Source: Mycobacterium phage prophiT37-1
Strand: one strand, 5' to 3'
Sequence record: OQ417969.1
DNA: 64,000 nt
Part shown: one piece after another, positions 47,555-56,471 of the stretch
Layout of the letters: every line of letters begins with the position of its first letter
Numbering within the stretch: position 1 is the stretch's first letter
The notes under the pieces: model-generated
The model's database searches: none
What the model saw: the letters and a program-made list of their open reading frames with translations, nothing else
Told to the model about the DNA's origin: nothing
Position numbers and translations under genes: made by a program

Positions 47555-50070
47555 TGCCTCGGTCAGTCGATCTGGTCCCACAGAACTTCAAGACGGAATA
47601 CGACCCGACCAACCAACTCGCCCAGGACCCGGCCCTCAAGAAGACCATCAACAACCTCGGCGACGTCCTCAAGCAGCTGCCGGTGATGATCCAGAAGGAA
47701 CTCCAACGGCTCATCGACTCGCTGCTGGGCATCGCCACCAACCCCATCCCCGAAATCATCGAGTGGTTGGACGAGCTGAAAAAGGGCATCGCCAACGTCC
47801 TGTCGTGGATCAAGCCCGGACTGCTGCCACTCATTCCCTTGTCACAGATCGGCGAATGGTTCCCGAACCTGCTTCTCAACGGCGGCTTCGACACCGACGC
47901 CGCGGTGGCCGACAACCCGGACTGGTTGTGGGACGGCACCATCGGCCGCACCAGCCCATTGGGATCGGTCAAGGCCATCATGGCAGGGACCGCAAAATAC
48001 CTGCACTCCAACGCCATACCGGTGGCCAAGAAGCAGCACTTGGAACTGGAGGTATTCACCCGCTGGCAGGGCCTTGCCGCCGGTGCTGGCACCAACCCCA
48101 TCCGGCTGGTCGTCACCTCGTACCTGGCAGGCAACCCCGTCTCGTCGACAGTGGTGGCCCAGCACCAACCGTCGGCAGACGACAGCAGCGGATGGGTGGA
48201 ACTGCACGGCACCTACACCGTGCCCGACACCGGCGTCGACGAAGTCCGCACCACGCTGCTGGTGACCGGCGACGCCACCGCGGGCACCGTCTGGTTCGAC
48301 GACGCCGACACGTGGAAGACCGGGAAGCTGCCGCAGGACTACGTGCAGGATCTGGTCACCCAGCTGGAGCAGTTCGGCACCGATATAGGCAACGCCTTGG
48401 AGGAACTGGCGCACAAGGTCGGACTGGACCGCTTCAAGGAGTTCTTCGACACCGTCGCCGGTCAGGTCAACGCCGAGATCGGGGATGTCCAAAACCGTCT
48501 CGCCGCAATCACCGCTGACGGCAAGATCGACGCAGCAGAGATCCTGGGTTTGCTTGGCCTAGGCAACATCCCGCTACTCCCGCAGACCAAGGTCACTGAT
48601 CTACCCGACCTCAACGCCCAGCTGAACCAGATACGGGACATCTTCGCCGGGCTTGTTGTCACACCCATCAACTCGACCATCCAGGCCGTCAAGGACTGGT
48701 TCGGGCTGAGCAACAACAAGACTCAGAAGCTCACCGCGGTCGGGACACTGAACGCGGGCGATGTCGTCGGCAATTTCGACATGGGCCGGGTCAACGATCT
48801 GGTCAGCAACCTCGGCGACATGCTTACCGGAGTCAAAACCGGCGCCGACGGAACAGCCACGAGCACAACGGGAACCATCGGCGAGCAGATCAACCAGGCC
48901 AAGGAATCACTGCTATCGCTGCTCGGCCTATCCCGCGATGCACTCAAGAGCGCCATCGCGGCGCAGACCACGCTCCAAGAGCAGGAAACCGAGCAGAACA
49001 CCGGTGGCGGCAACAGCTACAGCTTCACCTTCTCCGGTGCCGACGGCGCCGCACTGAACTCGACGGACTGGACCACCGGCCCCAACCCCGGCGACATCAC
49101 CATCCGCGGGGACTCCGGGTATGCAGGCGTCAAGAACGGCAACCCCGACGGGTACTTCTTCGCCAGCCCCAACTACACCTACGCCACCGACGGCCAATCG
49201 GCCTCATTCGTGCTGGGCGACACCCAAAACGGCAACTACTACTCCGGTGTCTACATCCGATGCGACTCGGGCCGCACCCAGGGCGCCTACTGCCTTGCGA
49301 AAGAGGGCGAAATCCGCATCGGCAAGTTCACCCGCTCGGGCAGCAGCTGGTCGTTCAACACGCCGCTGACACTGCAAACCGGGCTCTCGGCGGTCAAGCA
49401 GGGCGCCCGCATCGAGATCCGCTGCTCAGGCACCAACTACTTCGTGCGCGTCAACGGCCGCCAAATCCTCTCCGCCACCGACGCGAGCAACACCATCAAC
49501 ATCGGTGCCGCATACCGGTATTCGATGTTCAGCGTGCAGCGGGCAAGCCCGTTTTTCACCTACGACTCCTACCGCATAGCCGCGTTCGCGATGTCCGACT
49601 ACACCTCAGCGGGAGCGGGATTCTCGATGTCAAACTCCTGGAGCATCAGACGCGACAGCACCGCCGACGTCACATACGGCCCCTACACATCCGGCGCATT
49701 CCCGTCCGGCTTCTTCACATTCAACGACTACACCACCGACGTCACTCTCGACGACCTCGGCACGGCCCGCATCGAGATCGCCACCACCGGCCTCTACCGC
49801 ATCAACACCACCTACCGATCGGTCACCGCCAAGGGCACGTCTGTGCCCTACTGGACGCTGTACAAGAACGGCACCCGCATCACCGGCGCTATTCCCTCGG
49901 GGTGCCCCTTCGAGATTCCGCTCGTGGCGGGAGATGTCGTACAGCCAGGATTTATCGCGGTCGACTACGACATCCGGTCCAACGGCTCAACCGGATCGGA
50001 AACCGTTGTCCCACGCAGCATCACAGCCCTATCCGGCATAGCCACATTCGACGGCCGCCGAGTCGCATAA
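47554..50070 (+). CDS. large minor tail protein (fibre/receptor-binding candidate)
   Basis: ATG at 47554 overlaps the upstream TAA. 838 aa. Confidence 0.55.
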   Translation: MPRSVDLVPQNFKTEYDPTNQLAQDPALKKTINNLGDVLKQLPVMIQKELQRLIDSLLGIATNPIPEIIEWLDELKKGIANVLSWIKPGLLPLIPLSQIGEWFPNLLLNGGFDTDAAVADNPDWLWDGTIGRTSPLGSVKAIMAGTAKYLHSNAIPVAKKQHLELEVFTRWQGLAAGAGTNPIRLVVTSYLAGNPVSSTVVAQHQPSADDSSGWVELHGTYTVPDTGVDEVRTTLLVTGDATAGTVWFDDADTWKTGKLPQDYVQDLVTQLEQFGTDIGNALEELAHKVGLDRFKEFFDTVAGQVNAEIGDVQNRLAAITADGKIDAAEILGLLGLGNIPLLPQTKVTDLPDLNAQLNQIRDIFAGLVVTPINSTIQAVKDWFGLSNNKTQKLTAVGTLNAGDVVGNFDMGRVNDLVSNLGDMLTGVKTGADGTATSTTGTIGEQINQAKESLLSLLGLSRDALKSAIAAQTTLQEQETEQNTGGGNSYSFTFSGADGAALNSTDWTTGPNPGDITIRGDSGYAGVKNGNPDGYFFASPNYTYATDGQSASFVLGDTQNGNYYSGVYIRCDSGRTQGAYCLAKEGEIRIGKFTRSGSSWSFNTPLTLQTGLSAVKQGARIEIRCSGTNYFVRVNGRQILSATDASNTINIGAAYRYSMFSVQRASPFFTYDSYRIAAFAMSDYTSAGAGFSMSNSWSIRRDSTADVTYGPYTSGAFPSGFFTFNDYTTDVTLDDLGTARIEIATTGLYRINTTYRSVTAKGTSVPYWTLYKNGTRITGAIPSGCPFEIPLVAGDVVQPGFIAVDYDIRSNGSTGSETVVPRSITALSGIATFDGRRVA

Positions 50071-50091
50071 CCCCATAGAGAGGCGTCAGCC

Positions 50092-50256
50092 ATGGCCACC
50101 ACGTTCACCATGCCCGAACTCCCCGGCATCACCTTCACCGCCGAGCGCGGCGGCCTGGACCCCGACGGAAAACTCAACCCGTCCTGGATACAGATCACCG
50201 GCACCAGCGACGCAGACGGTCAGATGGTCTCCTGCATAGGATTCGCCGGTCCATAG
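50092..50256 (+). CDS. small protein (54 aa)
   Basis: Below the ORF-track threshold. agagagg RBS 8 nt upstream of the ATG. Ends exactly at the next gene start (TAGATG). Confidence 0.3.
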   Translation: MATTFTMPELPGITFTAERGGLDPDGKLNPSWIQITGTSDADGQMVSCIGFAGP

Positions 50257-51390
50257 ATGAGCTGGACCACCAACCCGCAACCGGAATCATCAGAGCCGCA
50301 ACTGGGTTGGTGGAAAGAACCACCACAGACACAGCAGCAAGAGCCGGTCACTGGCTGGTTCTGGATACCCGATAGAACAGCCGCCCTCACCGCTGAGGGC
50401 ACCATGGCCGTCGACGTTGCGCAGGTGTACACCGTCGGTGCCGACATGGCGGGAGCGGGCACCCTCACCGCCCAGGTCTCCCAGATATACGGCATTACAG
50501 CGGGATACAACGGGGCAGGCGCCCTGGCAGCCGATGTCCGACAGCTGTACCAACGTACGGCCGCCATGGCTGGCACCGGCAGCATGTCAGTAGATGCGCG
50601 GGTTCGCCTAGACCGTCTGGCGCAACTGGCTGGTGCAGGCACGCTGTCGGCACAACTACTTCAACAGTTCACCCGAAGCGCCACATTCGGCGGCGGGGGT
50701 ACCTTGGCCGCACAGGCAGCGCAGGCGTACGCCCTGGGCGCGGCCCTCTCCGGTGCAGGCACACTGGCAGTCCAGGTAGCCCAGAAGTACCAACTAGGTG
50801 CGGCATTCGCCGCAACCGGCACCCTCCAGTGCGGCGCAGCGTTCCCGGCGATGTCCCCGGTACGCACCGACATCACAACGACCGGGTCCTACACCTACAA
50901 CATCCCGTACTGGTGCCGCTACATCGACTACGCGTACCTGCCCGGAGGGGGCGGCGGTGGCGGCGCCCAATTCTCCTTCACCCCAGCACAGGGCGGCGAC
51001 GGCGGCCAATGGGTGTACGGAACCTGGGAACGCGGCGTCGATTTCCCATGGACCGCCACACAAATCACCGGCTCCATCGGAGTCGGCGGCACAGCGGGCA
51101 CCGGGGGAGGTAACGGCGGCAACGGCGGCCCCACAACCGGCATCGTCAACGGCTCCACCCTCGTCACCGCACCTGGCGCAACGGGACGCGGCGGCATCGG
51201 CACACAGTCCGGCGACCCCGTCGGCGGCGGAAACGCCAACTTCAACCGCGACGTCTCCCTCAACGGCCAGACCTACACCGGCGGCACAGGCGACGGCGCC
51301 GCTCCCGGCTCAGGCGGCAAGGGCGGCGGCGCATTCAGCAACGGCAACGCGGGTGCCCGCGGCGAAGCCCACTTCTACGCAAGGCAATAG
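50257..51390 (+). CDS. Gly-rich minor tail protein
   Basis: Poly-Gly stretches (GGGGGGGAQ, GGTAGTGGGNGGNGG) as in actinophage tail proteins. Confidence 0.55.
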   Translation: MSWTTNPQPESSEPQLGWWKEPPQTQQQEPVTGWFWIPDRTAALTAEGTMAVDVAQVYTVGADMAGAGTLTAQVSQIYGITAGYNGAGALAADVRQLYQRTAAMAGTGSMSVDARVRLDRLAQLAGAGTLSAQLLQQFTRSATFGGGGTLAAQAAQAYALGAALSGAGTLAVQVAQKYQLGAAFAATGTLQCGAAFPAMSPVRTDITTTGSYTYNIPYWCRYIDYAYLPGGGGGGGAQFSFTPAQGGDGGQWVYGTWERGVDFPWTATQITGSIGVGGTAGTGGGNGGNGGPTTGIVNGSTLVTAPGATGRGGIGTQSGDPVGGGNANFNRDVSLNGQTYTGGTGDGAAPGSGGKGGGAFSNGNAGARGEAHFYARQ

Positions 51391-51397
51391 GAGACAC

Positions 51398-51748
51398 ATG
51401 GCAATTCAAGTACCCCAGACGCGGCAAGCCCTCGCCGACGCATGGAAATCTCTAGGCAACTGGTTTGGGTGCGCGACCGGCGCACCCGGCACCTCACAGA
51501 CACCCTCCAACGAGTCCACCGGCGGCGGCTACGCCCGCGCCCAAACCACCTGGACATCCGGCTCAGGCGGAAACGTAACCGGCTCCGCGGTAAGCATCGC
51601 AGTCCCGGCATCCACCATCACCCACGCCATCATGGCGTCCGCCGCAGCAGTCGGCGCAGCCAACATGATCGACAACTGCGCCGTCACCCAAGCCATCTTC
51701 TCCACCCCGGGCAACGTGGTTCTCACCCCTTCGCTGGGGATCGCGTGA
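51398..51748 (+). CDS. small Gly/Ser-rich tail-associated protein
   Basis: ATG at 51398 with taggagacac RBS. Confidence 0.4.
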   Translation: MAIQVPQTRQALADAWKSLGNWFGCATGAPGTSQTPSNESTGGGYARAQTTWTSGSGGNVTGSAVSIAVPASTITHAIMASAAAVGAANMIDNCAVTQAIFSTPGNVVLTPSLGIA

Positions 51749-52095
51749 CCGCACCAGCCAAAGCCGACGGAATACTCCAAGTCGTCGTGTGGCCCGTCTA
51801 CATCGGGCTGGCGGGTGAAAACGGCCGCGAACCCCTACACCCGGAGTATCGCCGCGGCCAGATCAATTGGCAGCCAACCCCCAACGGCACTATCGAGGGC
51901 TCGGCAGTCGTCCACACCCCCGCGGGCCGGTACCCGTTCTTCACGTACTGGATGGAGCCGACAGGCGGCGCGCCTGTGGGAATGTCCCAACCCGAGCACC
52001 CTCTGGTATTCGACATTCGAACGGTAGTCGATATCCGGCCCATCAAGAACGGCGACCTATTCGTCTCCAACGAAATACGGCGCGCTGGACTGTGA
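51745..52095 (+). CDS. hypothetical protein
   Basis: GTG at 51745 (GTGA overlap). Confidence 0.4.
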   Translation: MTAPAKADGILQVVVWPVYIGLAGENGREPLHPEYRRGQINWQPTPNGTIEGSAVVHTPAGRYPFFTYWMEPTGGAPVGMSQPEHPLVFDIRTVVDIRPIKNGDLFVSNEIRRAGL

Positions 52096-52289
52096 TACGG
52101 GAAGTGCTCGCTCTCTGCGACGAGTACGGAACCGACCTCCCCGCCTTCAACGAAGGCCACCCCGAGGACCGGTGTCCGATCTGCGGACGCCCCGTCGTCG
52201 ACCACACCATCCGCGGCGGCATCACAGCCAAGTGGCCCCACCGCCGGGCCGTCCTATTCAGCGCCCTCGTTCTCTGGCGTCTCCCCTAA
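52092..52289 (+). CDS. hypothetical small Cys-containing protein
   Basis: GTG at 52092 (GTGA overlap). CPICG motif. Confidence 0.3.
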   Translation: MIREVLALCDEYGTDLPAFNEGHPEDRCPICGRPVVDHTIRGGITAKWPHRRAVLFSALVLWRLP

Positions 52290-52305
52290 AGCATTGGAGC
52301 ACAAC

Positions 52306-52440
52306 ATGTTAAGTCAGGTTTCCCGTTCCCACGCCCTCGCCATTTTGGCCGGAATAGCGACCGGCGCTCTCGTCGGTATAGGACTCGGCATCGCCCTGTT
52401 CGTATACGAGGCCAAGCACGACATGGAAGCGAGCTACTGA
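52306..52440 (+). CDS. small single-TM membrane protein (44 aa) immediately upstream of lysin A
   Basis: Below the ORF-track threshold. Hydrophobic ALAILAGIATGALVGIGLGIALFVY. Stop is 1 nt before the lysA ATG. Confidence 0.3.
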   Translation: MLSQVSRSHALAILAGIATGALVGIGLGIALFVYEAKHDMEASY

Positions 52441-52441
52441 C

Positions 52442-53734
52442 ATGTCCTTCACCTGGCTCGCAGACCACCCACTGCGCACCCGGGAACAAGTAGCACGTGA
52501 AATACATGCCGTCGCACTACAACGCGGCCTAGACGAGCTAGCCACCGTCATCGCCTGCATGACCGTAGCCGTTGAAGTCGGAGCTGACGACGACGACGGA
52601 AACCGCCAATGGTGGTGCCCCGCAAACCAATCAGACTCAGAGACGCTCAACTTCCCGCACGACTCAGAATCCGATGACGCGGACTCATCCGGCTACTTCC
52701 AACAGCGTCCCCCATGGTGGGGCACACCCGCACAACGCATGACACTGGCCCAATCCGCCGACCTTTTCCTGAGCCGACTGTCCGGCGACTACCACACCGC
52801 AGCCGGAAACCCGGAACTGGCAGGGCAATTCGCCCAGCGCGTCCAGGGATCGGCATACCCCGACCGCTACGCGCAGCACTGGGACGAGGCGTGGGACGTC
52901 GTGCGCCGCGCCCTCGCAACCACACCACCCGAAGGAGACAACGTGGGCTACACAGGAGACCCCGTCTGGCTGGAAGACGTACTACGCGCAGCACTCGGCG
53001 ACCGACTGGTCGTCGAGGCAGGCTGGAAAGACCGCGGCACCGGCGGCCAGATGGGCGACATCTGGGGCGTGATGATCCACCACACCGGCAACGACCGGGA
53101 GACCGTCGCAGGCATCCGCGACGGACGCTCCGACCTCGCCGGGCCACTGTCGCAGTGCCTCATCACCCCAGACGGCAAGTGCCATCTCATCGCAGTCGGC
53201 CCCTGCAACCACGCCGGGATCGGCAAATATCCAGGCATCGCCGCCAACACCGGCAACCAGCGGCTCATCGGCTTCGAATGCGCGTGGCCGACCATCCAGC
53301 CGGACGGCAGCTTTGACAAAGGACAGCGGTGGCCGGACGCACAGATCATCACCATGCGCGACGCGACGGCCGCCGTCCTCACCAAGCTCGGCTACGGCGC
53401 GGACCGCGTCATCGGTCACAAGGAGTATGCGACCGCCGCGCCCAACGTGAAGTGGGACCCGGGCAACATAGACATGGGCTGGTTCCGCGGCGAGGTCGCC
53501 AAGGACATTGCCGGGTACCAGTTCCCAGGCGAGACACCTGTCGTCCAGCCACCGGACCCGTCGCCAACCGCGATTCCCGCGGACTTCGACAAGCAGACCT
53601 TCCAGCAGATCAACGGACGCTGGGAGATGCTGGGATGGCAGACGCTCATCGAGGCAGTGGCCGAGATTCGTGACCACCTCACCGGGTCGACAGACGTCGG
53701 TAAGTCCGGATTCAAGCTCGGGGCGAAGCCGTGA
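52442..53734 (+). CDS. lysA: endolysin Lysin A (N-terminal peptidase-like + amidase_2/PGRP domain)
   Basis: Amidase_2-like motifs (IHHTGN, LIGFECAWP, GHKEYA, KWDPGNID) in the central region. Confidence 0.75.
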   Translation: MSFTWLADHPLRTREQVAREIHAVALQRGLDELATVIACMTVAVEVGADDDDGNRQWWCPANQSDSETLNFPHDSESDDADSSGYFQQRPPWWGTPAQRMTLAQSADLFLSRLSGDYHTAAGNPELAGQFAQRVQGSAYPDRYAQHWDEAWDVVRRALATTPPEGDNVGYTGDPVWLEDVLRAALGDRLVVEAGWKDRGTGGQMGDIWGVMIHHTGNDRETVAGIRDGRSDLAGPLSQCLITPDGKCHLIAVGPCNHAGIGKYPGIAANTGNQRLIGFECAWPTIQPDGSFDKGQRWPDAQIITMRDATAAVLTKLGYGADRVIGHKEYATAAPNVKWDPGNIDMGWFRGEVAKDIAGYQFPGETPVVQPPDPSPTAIPADFDKQTFQQINGRWEMLGWQTLIEAVAEIRDHLTGSTDVGKSGFKLGAKP

Positions 53735-54897
53735 ACGGCCCCGACGGCAAGTGGATCGGGTACGGCCCCGGCGACGTCAGCCCAGAGGTAGCCAACATCG
53801 AGCGACGGCTCCTGCGCGCATACCCGAAGAACAGCCACGCAGCGGAGCACGGCGTGATGCTCGACGACCGCTACACGGACGGCACCGCGGCGGCCGTGCA
53901 GGACATCACCCGCTTCATGAACAACGACCCTGTCGAAGTGGAGCGGTTGCGCCGCCTGGGTATCACCACGCCCCTCCGCGACGACGGCGTCGCGAACCTG
54001 GCGGTACGAAAGGCCATCGGCGCCTATGTCGCGCCGGTGTACAGGTCCAGGTACCCGATCCAGGGAGTCTGGGCAGACTCGCGGGCCTTCCTCAACCCGC
54101 CCGACGCGCACAGCTTCAACAAGGCAACTGACCAGTTCCGTGACGAGTTCATGCGCCTGTACCGGCCCATGGCGGGCACCAACATCTGGCTCCTCGGCTA
54201 CTCCATGGGCGGCGTCTCGGTGCAGAAGTGCCTCACTGCGCTGCCGCCGGAGTGGCGCCAGTTCGTGCTCGGTGTCACTACCTTCGGTGACCCATCCATG
54301 CCTGCCGAGGGAAGCCTGCTGGGCAACGACCCCGGCGAGGGCATCTCGAAACTGCCGCAACCGCAATGGGTACAGGACCGCTACTGGTCGTACTCCATCG
54401 ACGGCGACTGGTACCCACGTGCCCGCGGCCTGCTGTTCCTGCTGTACCAGGTCCTCACCCGCGCCGAGCTGACCCTGGACTTCGCCATCTACCTGTTCAC
54501 AAAGTTCCCACAACAGGCATTCCAGGAACTACTCGGCCTCGCCCCAAGTGACGACCCCCTGCACGGCGCGCTGTCCGGCCTCGCCGGACTCATGACGACC
54601 GGCCCGGCAGGGGCCATCGGCCAGCTGCTCAACCCCGTGCAGCTGCTGTCCCTGCTACCAGACCTCGTGTACCTACTGTTCGACGCCATCAAGTTCATCG
54701 CCACCAACGCACACGGAAAGTACGGCGACCCGGCATATGCGTTGTGGGACGGCATGACTGCCGTAGACCACGCCGCCGCCAACATCCGCCGCGTGGCCCC
54801 GCAAGGCTGCACACTCGTCCTGCTCCCGGGCACCTGGTCCAACTGGGACCAGCTATTCCAATTCGACGTCGCTGCCCAGCTCCAAACTCCCGCCTAA
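53731..54897 (+). CDS. lysB: Lysin B (cutinase-like mycolylarabinogalactan esterase)
   Basis: GYSMG serine-esterase pentapeptide. Sits immediately after lysA with an ATGA overlap. Confidence 0.75.
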   Translation: MNGPDGKWIGYGPGDVSPEVANIERRLLRAYPKNSHAAEHGVMLDDRYTDGTAAAVQDITRFMNNDPVEVERLRRLGITTPLRDDGVANLAVRKAIGAYVAPVYRSRYPIQGVWADSRAFLNPPDAHSFNKATDQFRDEFMRLYRPMAGTNIWLLGYSMGGVSVQKCLTALPPEWRQFVLGVTTFGDPSMPAEGSLLGNDPGEGISKLPQPQWVQDRYWSYSIDGDWYPRARGLLFLLYQVLTRAELTLDFAIYLFTKFPQQAFQELLGLAPSDDPLHGALSGLAGLMTTGPAGAIGQLLNPVQLLSLLPDLVYLLFDAIKFIATNAHGKYGDPAYALWDGMTAVDHAAANIRRVAPQGCTLVLLPGTWSNWDQLFQFDVAAQLQTPA

Positions 54898-54950
54898 TCG
54901 GCGGGCCTGTCCAGCAACTGTGTAAATGCAACTGTTGAAAGGGATTTGAC

Positions 54951-55328
54951 ATGAAGGACACCTCACTGTTGGGCATCAAGACGTGGAGTGATCTCCGTGC
55001 CTTCATACACACCGCAATACCCGGGTTGGCCGTCTTCTTGGTCACCATGGGGATTTTGACGGCCACCAAGGCGAACCTCGTTGCGGCACTGCTGCTTGCG
55101 GTGTTCGACTCGACCCTGTCGCACATCAACACCGCCGATGGCTTCCGTCGCTGGGTGTACCCCGTCCTCGGCGCCGGTGCCACCCTCCTCATCGGGTGGG
55201 GCATATTCACCCAGGACCAGATCGCGCCATGGCTTGCGCTCATCCCAATCCTGTTGGGCGGTGGCCTCGCAGCGGCCAACACCAACACCACGCCCAGCAT
55301 CGCCCCGACGAGCGGCACAGCTGAGTGA
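54951..55328 (+). CDS. holin (multi-TM)
   Basis: 125 aa with multiple hydrophobic helices, directly downstream of lysB. Confidence 0.55.
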   Translation: MKDTSLLGIKTWSDLRAFIHTAIPGLAVFLVTMGILTATKANLVAALLLAVFDSTLSHINTADGFRRWVYPVLGAGATLLIGWGIFTQDQIAPWLALIPILLGGGLAAANTNTTPSIAPTSGTAE

Positions 55329-55735
55329 GCGGGGGAGTGGGCGCTGATTCCTGGATGGACCTAGCCGCCCTGACCATAGCGGCCGTCGGCGGCTGGGGCA
55401 CCGCGTACATCACCTCGCACTTCTCCAGCCGCAAGCACGTGACCGCCGTCAACAAAAGCGTCGACGCGGTCGAGGCGAAGTTGGCAGGAGTGGAGGAGCA
55501 GGTAGTGAACTCGCACGAGACCAACCTGCGCGACGACGTCGACCGCGCAGTCCGCGGCGTCGAGTATCTGGTCGACAGATTCGCCGATGCCATGCGCGAC
55601 CTGCGCGGTATCCGCGAGGAGATGTCCGACCTGCGCAAGGAAGTTGGCGGCCTACACGGCGACGTTCGCGAGCAGAACCGCAGACACACCGCCCTGTACG
55701 ACCGGGTGACTGATCTGGAGGACCGCCGCCCCTAG
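55325..55735 (+). CDS. membrane-anchored coiled-coil protein (lysis-associated)
   Basis: GTGA overlap with the holin. N-terminal TM, then a charged coiled coil. Confidence 0.45.
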   Translation: MSGGVGADSWMDLAALTIAAVGGWGTAYITSHFSSRKHVTAVNKSVDAVEAKLAGVEEQVVNSHETNLRDDVDRAVRGVEYLVDRFADAMRDLRGIREEMSDLRKEVGGLHGDVREQNRRHTALYDRVTDLEDRRP

Positions 55736-55755
55736 GCCCACGCGATAGCTGGAGG

Positions 55756-55785
55756 ACGCCCCGGCCCACGGGCCGGGGCGTTTTC
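55756..55785 (+). terminator. rho-independent terminator ending the late operon
   Basis: Stem ACGCCCCGGCC/GGCCGGGGCGT with CACG loop, followed by TTTT. Confidence 0.7.
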
Positions 55786-55812
55786 CCGTACCAGCCGGTT
55801 GCCTCCACGCAT

Positions 55813-55828
55813 GTATAGCGCGCTATAC
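55813..55828. promoter_or_regulatory. 16-bp perfect palindrome GTATAGCGCGCTATAC (site 4) with TTGCCT -35-like box at 55799-55804
   Basis: TATACT (55824-55829) lies 6 bp before the 55836 ATG, giving a leaderless-type promoter overlapped by the palindrome. Confidence 0.6.
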
Positions 55829-55835
55829 TGCGCGC

Positions 55836-56057
55836 ATGGATACCTCGTCGGACGAGCAGGAGGCAGCCCGGGCTTCTGTCCGACGTCTGGCACGTCGCCG
55901 TCACCGCCACGAGACCACGCGCAAGCGCCTCGATGCTGAGTTTTACGCGGCGATAAAGGCAGCCCGGGACCTGGGCGTCGGTGCAACGGTACTGGCGCGC
56001 GATGCCGAAGTGACACGCGACGGCATATACAAGATTTGCCAGACTTCCAACGATTAG
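55836..56057 (+). CDS. small basic protein, possible HTH regulator
   Basis: 73 aa. Arg-rich N-terminus. ...VGATVLARDAEVTRDGIYKI is HTH-like. First gene behind palindrome site 4. Confidence 0.4.
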   Translation: MDTSSDEQEAARASVRRLARRRHRHETTRKRLDAEFYAAIKAARDLGVGATVLARDAEVTRDGIYKICQTSND

Positions 56058-56076
56058 CTGTCCTTCTGCTGACGTC

Positions 56077-56097
56077 CACAGTGCACGGTGTTACCGT
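56077..56097 (+). promoter_or_regulatory. perfect hairpin GTGCACGG-TGTTA-CCGTGCAC
   Basis: 8-bp inverted repeat with a 5-nt loop between the 55836 gene and the WXG-like gene. No T-tract follows. Confidence 0.35.
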
Positions 56098-56141
56098 GCA
56101 CCCAATGACATAGCGGAGTACTTCCGATTAGGGCGGGGCCA

Positions 56142-56471
56142 ATGTCCGACGACAAACTCAAAATTGATCTGGAGGCGCTGGGCAAGCTGTCGCCGGATTT
56201 ACAGGGGTTGGCGACCAGGCTGACGAAGGCCGCCAATAGCCACCCTGGCGGTGAGTCTGGTCGTTCCCCGGCGACGGTGGCTATCAGCAAGCTGGTGAGC
56301 AAGTCCATCCCGAACATGCAGCGGAGTTTGGCCGCACGCCTGAACACCGTGGCTGACCTGTCCGCGCAGACGGTGACCCAGTTCGGGGACACCGAGGAGC
56401 ACATCACTCAGACCATCCGCTCGGCAGCAGGGTTGGCGCTGACTCGTGATGTACCGATGGGTGAGCGCTGA
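56142..56471 (+). CDS. small WXG100-family-like helical protein (putative ESX-secretion partner)
   Basis: 109 aa, predicted helical hairpin. Directly precedes and is translationally coupled to the large toxin-like gene. Confidence 0.45.
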   Translation: MSDDKLKIDLEALGKLSPDLQGLATRLTKAANSHPGGESGRSPATVAISKLVSKSIPNMQRSLAARLNTVADLSAQTVTQFGDTEEHITQTIRSAAGLALTRDVPMGER

